NCBI GenBank assembly: GCA_035501555.1 | Contig: DATJWA010000001.1 | Location: 2,202 to 66,201, forward strand | Direction: 5' to 3' | Source: Thermoplasmata archaeon | Lineage (GTDB): Archaea; Thermoplasmatota; Thermoplasmata; Lutacidiplasmatales; UBA184 | DNA length: 64,000 bases | In this document: one piece after another, positions 47,264 to 56,248 of the stretch | Position numbering within the stretch: position 1 is the stretch's first letter | Layout: every line of letters begins with the position of its first letter | Notes under the pieces: generated by a model | Seen by the model: only the letters and a program-made list of their open reading frames with translations | What the model was told of the DNA's origin: nothing | The model's database searches: none | Position numbers and translations under genes: made by a program

Positions 47264-48874
47264 TTACGGTTCGCGCACGAACCGTTCGATGGCGGTCGCG
47301 ACGCCGGCCAGCAGCCGGGGGTCCACGCTCTCCTCCGCGTCGTGGATGTGCGAGTCGGGGTCCATGCTCCCGAACACGATCGCCGGGAGGAGGCTGCCGC
47401 GAGGGGTCGTGAGCCCCCGGATCGCGCTCGCGTCCGTCCCCCCGTACTCGCCGACCAGGCCGGGCGAACCGACCGTCTCGGCGAGGATCCGCTGGAGACG
47501 GAGGGCGGACGGCTCGTCCGGCGGGAGCGCATAGCCCGAACGGCAGCGGGCCGGCGGAGCCTCGATCCGACCGTGCGGCGCGCGCGCCGCCGCCCCGGCC
47601 CGAACGTAGCCGAGCGCCGCGCGCAGGCCGTCGTCCAGCTCCATCTCCGGCGGGAGTCGCAGGTCGACGGTGAACGTGGTGGGTGCCGGTGGCCGGGGGT
47701 CGAGCCACTCCCGGTCGGAGGCGGCGCGCAGGAGCGTCAGGGTCGCCGGCACCGGGTTGTGCCCCCGGTGCGGGTAGCCCCCGTGGGCCGCCTCCCCGAC
47801 GACCTGCACCGCCAGCGCTCCGGGCGGCGCGCGGAGGGACGAAGCGCCGCCGACCTCGAGGCGGAACGGAGGGGCGAGGAGCTGGGCGAGCCGATCGGGC
47901 AGGGTGGCAAGCTCCGGGGCCGGCCCGTCGAACAGGAGCGTCACCGCGCGGGCGATCTGGTTGGCGGCGTCGCTCTCCGCGTGGACGCCCACGAGCCGGA
48001 CCCCTTGGGCCGCGGCCGTCGGAGCGGTCCGGTCGAACTGGGTGACGCTCGCCCGTCCGGTGATCACCCGCTCGGGGGCGTGACGGTCCGGCCAGTCGGG
48101 GGAGGGAAGCGCGGAGCGCCAGCCCCGGGCCAGCTCGTGAAGGCCGACCAGGACGTCGCCGTAGGCGGTCGCCTCGGCGAGCGGCACGGGTCGGTCGAAG
48201 GACGCCTCGAGGAAGGCGACCCCGCTCGAGCCGGCGACCGTCTCCGGCCCCGCGTCCGGGATGAGTACCACATCCCCGACGAGGAACCGATCCGGGCTCT
48301 CGGGCGGGAGCTGGAGGTCGTGGTGCTTGAGCGCCTCGATGCCTCCCTCCCCCGCGGTCTCCTCGTCGCAGCAGGCGAGCAGGCGGACGTTCCGCGGCGG
48401 GGAAGGTCCCTCGGCCAGGCGGGCGAGCGCCATCAACGACGCGACGACCCCGCTGCCAAGGTCGTCGTTCGAGCCGCGACCGTACAGCCGGCCGTCGGAC
48501 CGGGCCGTCAGGGTGTGCGGGGGGCTCTTCCAGCGGGTGAGCTGCTCGGCCGGCACCGGCACCACGTCGTAGTGCGCGAGGATCAGGACCGTCTCGGGGG
48601 CGCCGACGTTCAGGTCGGCGATCACGTTCGGGCGGGGGAGCCCATGCCATTCGTCGGGCCGGTCCCCGGCCGTGAGCGGGTCGTAGACCTGCGTCGTCAG
48701 GCCTCGCGCGCGAGCAGCCCGGACGACCGCGTCGCTCGCGCGGAGGTAGTTCGGTTTCTCCCAGCGGGCGTGGGCGGGGTCCTCGAGGTTCGTGGGGGCG
48801 GTCGCGACCAGCTGGGTGAGCAGCCGAAGCCCCTCCTCCCCGAGGAGCCGCGTGGCCTCGACCGGGGAGCTCAT
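47264..48874 (-). CDS. M20 family metallohydrolase (ArgE/DapE/peptidase-like, long form)
   Basis: Metal-ligand motifs ILAHYDVVP, GRGSNDDLG, and CCDEETAGEGG. Confidence 0.55.
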   Translation of the reverse strand: MSSPVEATRLLGEEGLRLLTQLVATAPTNLEDPAHARWEKPNYLRASDAVVRAARARGLTTQVYDPLTAGDRPDEWHGLPRPNVIADLNVGAPETVLILAHYDVVPVPAEQLTRWKSPPHTLTARSDGRLYGRGSNDDLGSGVVASLMALARLAEGPSPPRNVRLLACCDEETAGEGGIEALKHHDLQLPPESPDRFLVGDVVLIPDAGPETVAGSSGVAFLEASFDRPVPLAEATAYGDVLVGLHELARGWRSALPSPDWPDRHAPERVITGRASVTQFDRTAPTAAAQGVRLVGVHAESDAANQIARAVTLLFDGPAPELATLPDRLAQLLAPPFRLEVGGASSLRAPPGALAVQVVGEAAHGGYPHRGHNPVPATLTLLRAASDREWLDPRPPAPTTFTVDLRLPPEMELDDGLRAALGYVRAGAAARAPHGRIEAPPARCRSGYALPPDEPSALRLQRILAETVGSPGLVGEYGGTDASAIRGLTTPRGSLLPAIVFGSMDPDSHIHDAEESVDPRLLAGVATAIERFVREP

Positions 48875-48889
48875 GGTCCGTTCGCTCGC

Positions 48890-50704
48890 CTAGCGGAAGG
48901 CGAACACCACCACGAGCGAGCCGGTGAGGAGGAGGAGGAAGGTCGCGACCAGCATGTTCTGGAACATCGTGAGCGTGTCCCCGAGGGAGGTCAAAAGGCG
49001 AGCGGTGAACCCCGGGCCGAGCGTGCGCACCCCCGGGACCTCGAGCGAGCCGAACCGCGCGTCCGCCGGCCCGAGGTCCGCGAGCGCGGCGCGGACCGCC
49101 TCCATCGCCCCCTGCACGAGCGCCGCGGTCGGCATCCGCTCCCCGACGGGGTTGATCCCGCCGTCGACCTCGTGGACGACGTGGTTGTCGGTCGTCATCA
49201 CCTCGGCGACGTCGACGACCGCCTCGAGCGCCTTCACGATCGGCGCGCGTCGCCCGAGCAGGAGGTTGTTCCCGTCGATGAGGACGTAGGCGGTCGTGGT
49301 GCCGGCGGTCCGCAGGACCAGGGCCCGGATCCCCTGCGGTCCTATGCCGTCCCGGCCGATGTCGTAGCCGTCCCGCACCCCGACGCCCGCCTCGAGCGGC
49401 CCGTCCCGCGACGCCGCGACCGCCGCCCGGACCGCCGCCTTCGCGTCGCGCACCAGCTTCTCGGCGGACGGTGTTCCGTAGGTGATGTCGCCGCGCCCCT
49501 CGACGTAGGAGTTGTGGGCGTCGATGAGCGCGACGCGGGGTCCTCCCTCGGCCGCGACCTCGCGATGGATCCGGTCGGCGACGCTGAAGGCGATGTCGTC
49601 GGTCGGCTCCGGGGCCTGGCTCACGAGGACGAGGGCCACGTCGCCGACGAGCTGGGCCCGCGCGAAGCTCGTGGGGTCCGCCTGGACGAGAGGGCTCGAG
49701 CGGAGCGGAAGGCCGGTCCCGAGGGAAGCGAGCACCTCGCGAGCGGTCGCGCCGAGCCGGTGGACCTCCTCGCCGGACGGCAGGTCGAGGTCGTGGTCGC
49801 ACGGGGTGTGGGGCGTCAGGACGACGCCGCCGGCGGCTCCGAGCTCGGCCGCGAGCTTTCGCGGAAGGTCGCTCGAGCCAAGAGCGGCGAACGGACCGGG
49901 GTGGACCGTCGGGAGGGCGACGGTCGCGTGCGCCTTCCCCCCGCGGAAGAAGGCGAGCAGCGCGATGCGCAGGTTCGCCGGCTGGGAGAACTTCGCGAAG
50001 AACCCCTCGAGCGCCCCGGTCGCCCCCTCGTCGCGTTCGGCCACGTGGTCGAGGAGCGGCCGGATGAGGCTCACGCCCGAACTCTGGAACTCCCGCCGCA
50101 GCGGACGGTCCGCCGCCCGGAGAAGGGCGACCGCGCAGCCGAACCCGATCACGGCGCAGAGCAGGATCACGACGAGCTCGACGACCGTCACGGGAAGGAT
50201 CAGGAACAGGAGGACCGAGTAGAGGACCGGCTGGATCAGCGAGACCGGGAGGCTCCGAAGGTGGCTCGGACGGGAGACCCCGTAGAGGCTCAGGTGCCGG
50301 AACCAGAGCATCGGGCCGACGAGGAACGCCGCGAGGAGCGCGACCCCGGGGGTCGGGCCCGGCTCGAGGAAGAGGGCGAGCCGCCAGACCGCCGAGATCG
50401 GGAGCAGGACGAGGAGCACCGTCATCGAGAGGAAGGCCCCCCGGTGGAACTCGAACCGGCCGCCGAGCAGGGCCGCGAACCCACCGGTTGAGCCCGCCGC
50501 CACGAGCGCCGGGACCGCGAAGACGAGCAGCCAGCCTTCGAGGAACGTCGTCGGCGTTAGGCCGAAGACGAGGGCGGCGATCACCGCGCTCAGGAGGACG
50601 ATCAGCCCGAAGCTCACGGGCGTCGGTGGCGCACGGAACAGGTACCGGGGACGATGCGGCTCGGTCGGCACCGGCGGTCCGTCCGCCGTCGGGTTATCGG
50701 GCAC
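48890..50704 (-). CDS. DUF2070-like polytopic membrane protein with large soluble domain and C-terminal TM (COG3356-like)
   Basis: About 6-8 N-terminal TM helices, about 370-aa soluble region, and a final TM MLVATFLLLLTGSLVVVFAF. Architecture-based assignment only. Confidence 0.35.
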   Translation of the reverse strand: MPDNPTADGPPVPTEPHRPRYLFRAPPTPVSFGLIVLLSAVIAALVFGLTPTTFLEGWLLVFAVPALVAAGSTGGFAALLGGRFEFHRGAFLSMTVLLVLLPISAVWRLALFLEPGPTPGVALLAAFLVGPMLWFRHLSLYGVSRPSHLRSLPVSLIQPVLYSVLLFLILPVTVVELVVILLCAVIGFGCAVALLRAADRPLRREFQSSGVSLIRPLLDHVAERDEGATGALEGFFAKFSQPANLRIALLAFFRGGKAHATVALPTVHPGPFAALGSSDLPRKLAAELGAAGGVVLTPHTPCDHDLDLPSGEEVHRLGATAREVLASLGTGLPLRSSPLVQADPTSFARAQLVGDVALVLVSQAPEPTDDIAFSVADRIHREVAAEGGPRVALIDAHNSYVEGRGDITYGTPSAEKLVRDAKAAVRAAVAASRDGPLEAGVGVRDGYDIGRDGIGPQGIRALVLRTAGTTTAYVLIDGNNLLLGRRAPIVKALEAVVDVAEVMTTDNHVVHEVDGGINPVGERMPTAALVQGAMEAVRAALADLGPADARFGSLEVPGVRTLGPGFTARLLTSLGDTLTMFQNMLVATFLLLLTGSLVVVFAFR

Positions 50705-51461
50705 GGCGACGCCGAACCTCCTCGAGGATCCCGCGGAAGGCCGGGCCGAGGCCCTCCTCCTCCGTGATCGTCCCGGTCACGAGGGCATCGGCGCCGGCGT
50801 CCAGGAGCGCGGCCGCGTCCGGCGCCGTACGGATACCTCCGCCGACGATCAGCGGGACCGAGACGACCTCGCGGACCGCCTTCACGATCGGCGTCGGGAC
50901 CGGCGCCGGCGCTCCCGAGCCCGCCTCCAGGTAGATGAACCGCATCCCGAGGTACTCCGCGGCGAGCGCGAACCCGACCGCGCCGTTCGTGTCGTCCCGG
51001 GCGACGACGTCGACCTGTCCGACCTCGCCGACCCGCATCCCGGGGGCGATCACGAGATAGCCGAGCGGGATCGGCTCGAGGCCGAGGCGGCGCACGACCG
51101 GCGCCGCGAGAGCGTGGGCCCGCACGACCAGGTCGAGGCGTCGGGAGTTGAGCAGGCTCATGAACAGCACCGCGTCCGCCTCCCGGGCAAGGGAGCCCGG
51201 CCCCTCCGGGAAGATCACGACCGGAACCCGCACCGCCCCCTTGACGGCCGTCGCCGCGGCCCCCATCACCTGGGGGGTGATCCCTGTCGAGCCGCCCAGC
51301 AGGATGAGGTGGCTCCCGGCATCCACCGCCCCCTTCGCGGTCCGCGCCGCCGCGGCGCCGGGGGACTTGTCCGGGTCGATGAGCGTGAAGTGGACCGGTC
51401 CGCCCGCGATCTGCTCCGTGAGGTACCGCTCGACGCGGCCCGGCCGCGACGGGGCGCTCAC
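50694..51461 (-). CDS. geranylgeranylglyceryl phosphate synthase (PcrB/GGGPS family)
   Basis: HFTLIDPDK, LLGGSTG, and IVGGGIR motifs. Confidence 0.75.
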   Translation of the reverse strand: MSAPSRPGRVERYLTEQIAGGPVHFTLIDPDKSPGAAAARTAKGAVDAGSHLILLGGSTGITPQVMGAAATAVKGAVRVPVVIFPEGPGSLAREADAVLFMSLLNSRRLDLVVRAHALAAPVVRRLGLEPIPLGYLVIAPGMRVGEVGQVDVVARDDTNGAVGFALAAEYLGMRFIYLEAGSGAPAPVPTPIVKAVREVVSVPLIVGGGIRTAPDAAALLDAGADALVTGTITEEEGLGPAFRGILEEVRRRRAR

Positions 51462-52306
51462 CGGAAGGCCACCGCCAGGAAGGCGAGCAGGGCGACGGTC
51501 ATCGCGACCTTGCTCATCGTCTGCTCCCAGTGGAGACGTCGGGGGAGATATCCCACGGAGAGGACGAACACCCCATCCGCGGCGAGGACCAGGACGAGAT
51601 ACATAATCCCCACCACCGAGCTAGGGCGGACGAACCAGAGGACCGGGACGATGCTGAGGACGACCGCGGCCCCGACGGCCACTCGGGCCAGGCCGGCACT
51701 GAACGGCATCCCGCGGGTCATCGGCAGCGTGCGGCGGCCGACGTCCCCCCCGACATCCTCCATGTCTTTGATGACCTCGCGGCTGATGGTCGCGAGGAAC
51801 GCCATCAACGCGAACGGGACCAGGATCAACGCCGCCCCCGCGGCCGCGGCGCCGTAGAGGAAGACCATCCCCGTCAACAGTCCGACGACCAGGTTCCCCA
51901 CGAACCCGCGCGCCTTGAGCCGGAACTCGTAGCCAAGGAGCGAGGCGACCGCGACCGCCAGGATCAGCCCGACCAGGGGCTGGACGAGGACGACCGGGAC
52001 CGCGACGGCTGCCCCGATGACGAACAGCTCGGCCGCGAAGGCTCGCGCGCTCACGAGCGAGACCTCGCCCGTGACGAGCGGGCGGTCCGGGTGGTTCTTC
52101 CGGTCCCCCTCGAGGTCGAGCAGGTCGTTCAGGACGTTTCCCCCGCCGGTCACGAGCGCAGCCGATAACCCGGCGAGCAGGATCGCCGCCCAGAGCCCGA
52201 GGGACAGTTCGACGCCGGTACCGCGGGCGACGAGCCCGCCGACGATCGTGCCCGCGAAGGAGACCCCGAGGTTCCCCACGCGGACCAGCCGGAGCAGGGG
52301 GTGCAC
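51458..52306 (-). CDS. digeranylgeranylglyceryl phosphate synthase (UbiA prenyltransferase family)
   Basis: UbiA Asp-rich motif NVLNDLLDLEGDRKNHPDRPL and second motif IKDMEDVGGD. Nine-TM-like hydropathy. 4-nt overlap with GGGPS. Confidence 0.7.
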   Translation of the reverse strand: MHPLLRLVRVGNLGVSFAGTIVGGLVARGTGVELSLGLWAAILLAGLSAALVTGGGNVLNDLLDLEGDRKNHPDRPLVTGEVSLVSARAFAAELFVIGAAVAVPVVLVQPLVGLILAVAVASLLGYEFRLKARGFVGNLVVGLLTGMVFLYGAAAAGAALILVPFALMAFLATISREVIKDMEDVGGDVGRRTLPMTRGMPFSAGLARVAVGAAVVLSIVPVLWFVRPSSVVGIMYLVLVLAADGVFVLSVGYLPRRLHWEQTMSKVAMTVALLAFLAVAFR

Positions 52307-52439
52307 GGCGAAGGATGGCGGAGGGGTTCGCTTAACGATTTGGCTGAACCCCCGCGGGGGCCCCGGGGTCCGGCCACCGCGGGACGCTCGACCCCGGGCG
52401 AGCAGGGGACCGCCGGGTAACCTTCCCGAGGCGCGTTAT

Positions 52440-53786
52440 ATGCGGCCCCGCGTCGAGTCGGGCGCGATGGTCGTCCGGGCCGTGCCCCGCCCCCGCATCC
52501 ACTCCTTCCGGCTCGCCAACGGCCTTCGGGTCCTTCTCGCTCCGCTCGCGGGGAGTCCGACGGTGAGCGTGTGGGTGTGGTACCGCGTCGGCTCCAAGAA
52601 CGAGCACCCCGGGATCACGGGAGCCTCGCACTGGGTCGAGCACATGCTGTTCGAGGGCTCGCCCCGGTATCCGAAGGGGGCGATCGACCTCGCGGTGCTG
52701 CGCGTCGGCGGCGAGCTCAACGCCTTCACCGACACCGACTTCACCGCCTACTTCACGACGGTCCCCCGGGACCACCTGTCGGTCCCTCTCGACATCGAGT
52801 CCGACCGGATGACCCGGGCGCTGATCACCGACCCCGAGGTCGAGCGGGAGCGCACGGTCATCCACTCCGAGCGCGAGGGAGCGGAGAACTGGCCCGAGTT
52901 CCGCGTCGAGGAGGAGGCCTACTCGCTCGCGTTCCGGGTCCATCCGTACCGGTGGGACCCCCTCGGACGCCGCACCGACATCGAGCGACTGAGCCCGGAC
53001 CAGCTACGAAAGTACTACCGGAGATTCTACGGGCCCCGGAACGCGACCCTCGTGATCGCCGGCGGCTTCGACCCGCGCGCGGTCGCCGCCGAGGTCCGGC
53101 GGAAGTTCTCGCGCCTCCCCGCGACCGGGGAGGACGTCACCGTCCACGAGGCCGAGCCGGCCCCCCACGGGGAGCGGCGGGCGGAGCTCCGCGGGCCGGG
53201 GACGACCCCCTACCTCCAGATCGGCTGGCGGGCCCCGGCCCTGGACGACCCGGCGACGCCCGCGACCATGGTCCTGGACACGGTCCTCGGAGGGGAGAAC
53301 CGCCTGTTCCATGCCGGGGCGGGGTGGGGGCGCGCCGCCGAACACCCGGGCGCCCGTCTGTATCGGGCCCTGGTCGAAACCGGGCTCGCGGTACGCGCGA
53401 CAAGCGAGTGGCGGCCCCGGGTCTACCCTGACCTGTTCACCGTGCACGCGCAGGCGGCACGGGGCGTGAGCCTCGACCGCCTCGAAGTGGCGATCGACCG
53501 CGTGACGAGCCGACTCGCGCGCTCGGGGCCGACCGCCCGCGAGCTGGACGACGCCCGGGTGCGGGTCGAGCGGGGGTCGAGGATGGCCTACGAAGGGGCC
53601 TCGCGCACCGGGTTCCGGCTGGGCTACTTCGCGATGCTCCGCTCGTCCGACTTCGAGGACGACCTCTATCGTCGGCTGCGGCGGGTGACCCGCGCCCAGG
53701 TTCGGGACCGGGCCCGGGAGCTGTTCCGTCCGGAGGCTCGGGTGGTCGTCCGATACACTCCCACGGGAGGCGAGGCCGGTGAGTGA
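52440..53786 (+). CDS. M16 family zinc peptidase (pitrilysin family, active subunit)
   Basis: Inverted zinc motif HWVEHMLFEG and the downstream Glu. A TATA-like 'gttatat' overlapping 52435-52441 suggests the functional start may be the downstream ATG at 52467 (leaderless). Confidence 0.7.
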   Translation: MRPRVESGAMVVRAVPRPRIHSFRLANGLRVLLAPLAGSPTVSVWVWYRVGSKNEHPGITGASHWVEHMLFEGSPRYPKGAIDLAVLRVGGELNAFTDTDFTAYFTTVPRDHLSVPLDIESDRMTRALITDPEVERERTVIHSEREGAENWPEFRVEEEAYSLAFRVHPYRWDPLGRRTDIERLSPDQLRKYYRRFYGPRNATLVIAGGFDPRAVAAEVRRKFSRLPATGEDVTVHEAEPAPHGERRAELRGPGTTPYLQIGWRAPALDDPATPATMVLDTVLGGENRLFHAGAGWGRAAEHPGARLYRALVETGLAVRATSEWRPRVYPDLFTVHAQAARGVSLDRLEVAIDRVTSRLARSGPTARELDDARVRVERGSRMAYEGASRTGFRLGYFAMLRSSDFEDDLYRRLRRVTRAQVRDRARELFRPEARVVVRYTPTGGEAGE

Positions 53787-55050
53787 GCGGAACGACCCCC
53801 TGAAGGTGGAGTACGCCGACGGCCCGTCCGGCCTTCGGGTGGTGCGGCAGGCTCCTCCCACCGGTGCGGCGAGCTTCTCCGCAACCTTCCTGAGCCCGGC
53901 CGGGTGGGCCCACGACCCCCCCGGGCTCGAAGCGACCGCCCGCCTGTCGAGCCAGCTGGTCACGAGTGGGGCCGGGCGGCGGGGACGTCTCGAGCTCGCC
54001 CGCTACCTGGACCGGGCCGGAGCGACCCTCACCTCGCACGTCGACCCGGAATCCGCCGAGATCACCCTGTGGGGTCCGGCGACCGACTGGAAGTCGCTGC
54101 TCACCGTGCTCGCGGACGCGGTGCTCTCCCCGCGGTTCGAGGAGTCCGACCTCCGCCGCGTCCGACGCCAGCTCCAGGAGCGGCAGCTGCGCGAGCTGAC
54201 CCAGCCCGCGAGCCGGGCCGAGAGGGAGGTGACCCACGCCATCTTCCCCGAGGGCCACCCGTACCGGGAGACGGGGTTGGGCGACGCGCGGAGCCTCCGC
54301 CGGATCCGGGCCGAGCACATCCGCCGTTTCCACTCGGGCCTGTTCGCCGGACCCGGCTCCGTCCTGGTCTACACGGGGCCGGCGAGCCTCTCCTCGGTCG
54401 TGCGGGCCACTCATCGCCTGTTCGCGGACCTCCCCTCGGCCTCCCCGCCCCTGGTGGTGCTACCGCGGCTGGGGCGACCGAAGCGGGCGGAGGTGCGCGT
54501 CGACCTACCGGGCCGGGCCCAGGTCGAGATCCGCCTCGCGGGAGCCTCGATCGCGCGGACCGACCCCCAGTACGCGGGAGCCTACCTCGCCAACGAAGTC
54601 CTGGGCGGCGCGACGATGCTGAGCCGGCTGTTCCACCGGGTCCGGGCGCTCGGCGGCCTGGCCTACCACGCGTCGAGCCAGCTCGAGGCGATGCGGTGGG
54701 GTGGGCACTGGTCGGCCCAGGCCGGCACCGGCGCCGACCGCTGGCCGAAGGTGGTGCCCATGCTCCGGGAGGAGGTCGAGCGGATCTCCTCCGCGAACGT
54801 CCCGGCCCGCGAGCTCGACGTGGTCCGGGAGAGCCGCATCGGAGAGATGCAGCTCTCCCTCGAGTCGACCTCCGAGGCGCACGAGCTGGCGGTGGAAGTC
54901 GGCTACTTCGGGCTGGCGGCGGACCACTGGAAAGAGTGGCCGTCGCGGCTCCGTTCGCTCACCCCCCGCGAGGTCCGGTCCGCCGCCGAAACGGCGCTGG
55001 ACCCGGGGAGGGCGGTCACCGTCCTCGCCGGCCCGCTCGGAGCGGCCTGA
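53779..55050 (+). CDS. M16 family protein, non-catalytic partner (no HxxEH)
   Basis: M16-like fold by length and repeats but lacks the HxxEH motif. GTG start overlapping the upstream M16 peptidase stop. Confidence 0.55.
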   Translation: MSERNDPLKVEYADGPSGLRVVRQAPPTGAASFSATFLSPAGWAHDPPGLEATARLSSQLVTSGAGRRGRLELARYLDRAGATLTSHVDPESAEITLWGPATDWKSLLTVLADAVLSPRFEESDLRRVRRQLQERQLRELTQPASRAEREVTHAIFPEGHPYRETGLGDARSLRRIRAEHIRRFHSGLFAGPGSVLVYTGPASLSSVVRATHRLFADLPSASPPLVVLPRLGRPKRAEVRVDLPGRAQVEIRLAGASIARTDPQYAGAYLANEVLGGATMLSRLFHRVRALGGLAYHASSQLEAMRWGGHWSAQAGTGADRWPKVVPMLREEVERISSANVPARELDVVRESRIGEMQLSLESTSEAHELAVEVGYFGLAADHWKEWPSRLRSLTPREVRSAAETALDPGRAVTVLAGPLGAA

Positions 55051-55116
55051 GACCCGCCGGCCTTCGATTTCGTGCGCACGGATACGTAGATATACGCCCC
55101 CCGTAATGCGGCGGGC

Positions 55117-55365
55117 ATGTCCCCGACCACGCGCCCGGAGCCGCCCGTCCACGGCATGCTGCGAAAGAACATCACGATCACGCCGGAAGAGAACGAGTTC
55201 CTCGACCGGCACCCCGAGATCAACCAGAGCGCGCTGTTCCGCCAGGTCGTGGAGAGCCTGATGCTGGCCGAGCGGAGCCCGGGCTCCGTCGGGACGCAGC
55301 CCGTGCGCCTGGGCCGGGGGATCTACCGGTCCGGCGCGATCATGTACCAGAAGCGCCGGGAGTAG
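55117..55365 (+). CDS. small ribbon-helix-helix (CopG-like) DNA-binding protein
   Basis: Beta-strand KNITITPEE followed by helices NEFLDRHPEINQSALFRQVVESLM. AT-rich 'tagatatacg' about 25 nt upstream of the ATG. Confidence 0.35.
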   Translation: MSPTTRPEPPVHGMLRKNITITPEENEFLDRHPEINQSALFRQVVESLMLAERSPGSVGTQPVRLGRGIYRSGAIMYQKRRE

Positions 55366-56197
55366 CCGGGCCCTCGCGGGCCCGCACCGGGGCCTCCGCG
55401 TCGCGCCGCCGGGGGCCCAGTCCCGCGAGCGCGGGGTGGGCCGCGTCCTCGGCCCGGGCGGCCACGAACCCCTCCGCGCCCGGCGTCGCGACGTAGGCCC
55501 GCAGCGCGGTCGGCGCATCGACCACCTCGAGCGCGTGGCGGGAGAGGATGTGACCGAACGCCCACCGGCGTCGCCGCGCTAGGTCGGTGAAGTGGGGGGC
55601 GTAGTGCCCTCCGCCGACCCCGAGCACGACGCGGTCCTCGGCGGCGCGCTCGAGGTGGGGGAGGATGTTGGCGAGCAGTCCCACCGCCTCGGGCGGAGGG
55701 GCCTCGAGCTCGCCGTACCCGATCTCGACGAACAGGGCGGGCAGCCCGAGCTCGGGGCCGTGGTGCGTCGCCTCGTAAGTCGCGGGAACCGAGACCTCTC
55801 GGCTCCGCTCCGACAGGCGACGAAGCGCATCCGCCATCAACCGGGCATCCGCCGGAGTGAATTGACCGGCGCGGCCGCCAACATCCGCGCTCGCCCCCGG
55901 GTTGCCGAGCGGGTGGACGGTGAGGCAGGGAACGTTCCGCTCGCTCCGGTGGATCGACGGGAAGACGAGCGTTGTCCCCGCGCGACGCAGGTGCTCGGGG
56001 AGCAACCGGTCGAGGTGCTCGTCGGTGACGTGCCGAACGACCCGCTTCAGGAGGAGCGCGCGGGCGGAGAGCCGCCGGATCGGGGCGCCGTCGACCCGGT
56101 CCTCGGTCGCCTCGGGGACCCCCCAGCGTTCGGCGACGCGCCGGGCGACCGGGTCGAGCTCGGAGACGACCAGGAGGTACGGCACGTCGGCGTTCAT
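55340..56197 (-). CDS. dtdA: D-aminoacyl-tRNA deacylase, archaeal type (DtdA / DTD2)
   Basis: N-terminal beta-strand LLVVSELDPVARRV and EATHHGP motif. Length and pattern resemble archaeal DTD2. Confidence 0.5.
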   Translation of the reverse strand: MNADVPYLLVVSELDPVARRVAERWGVPEATEDRVDGAPIRRLSARALLLKRVVRHVTDEHLDRLLPEHLRRAGTTLVFPSIHRSERNVPCLTVHPLGNPGASADVGGRAGQFTPADARLMADALRRLSERSREVSVPATYEATHHGPELGLPALFVEIGYGELEAPPPEAVGLLANILPHLERAAEDRVVLGVGGGHYAPHFTDLARRRRWAFGHILSRHALEVVDAPTALRAYVATPGAEGFVAARAEDAAHPALAGLGPRRRDAEAPVRAREGPATPGASGT

Positions 56198-56248
56198 GGA
56201 GAGGAAGCCCGGTCCGGGCCGCTCCCGAGCGACGGCGGGAGGCCCCGG

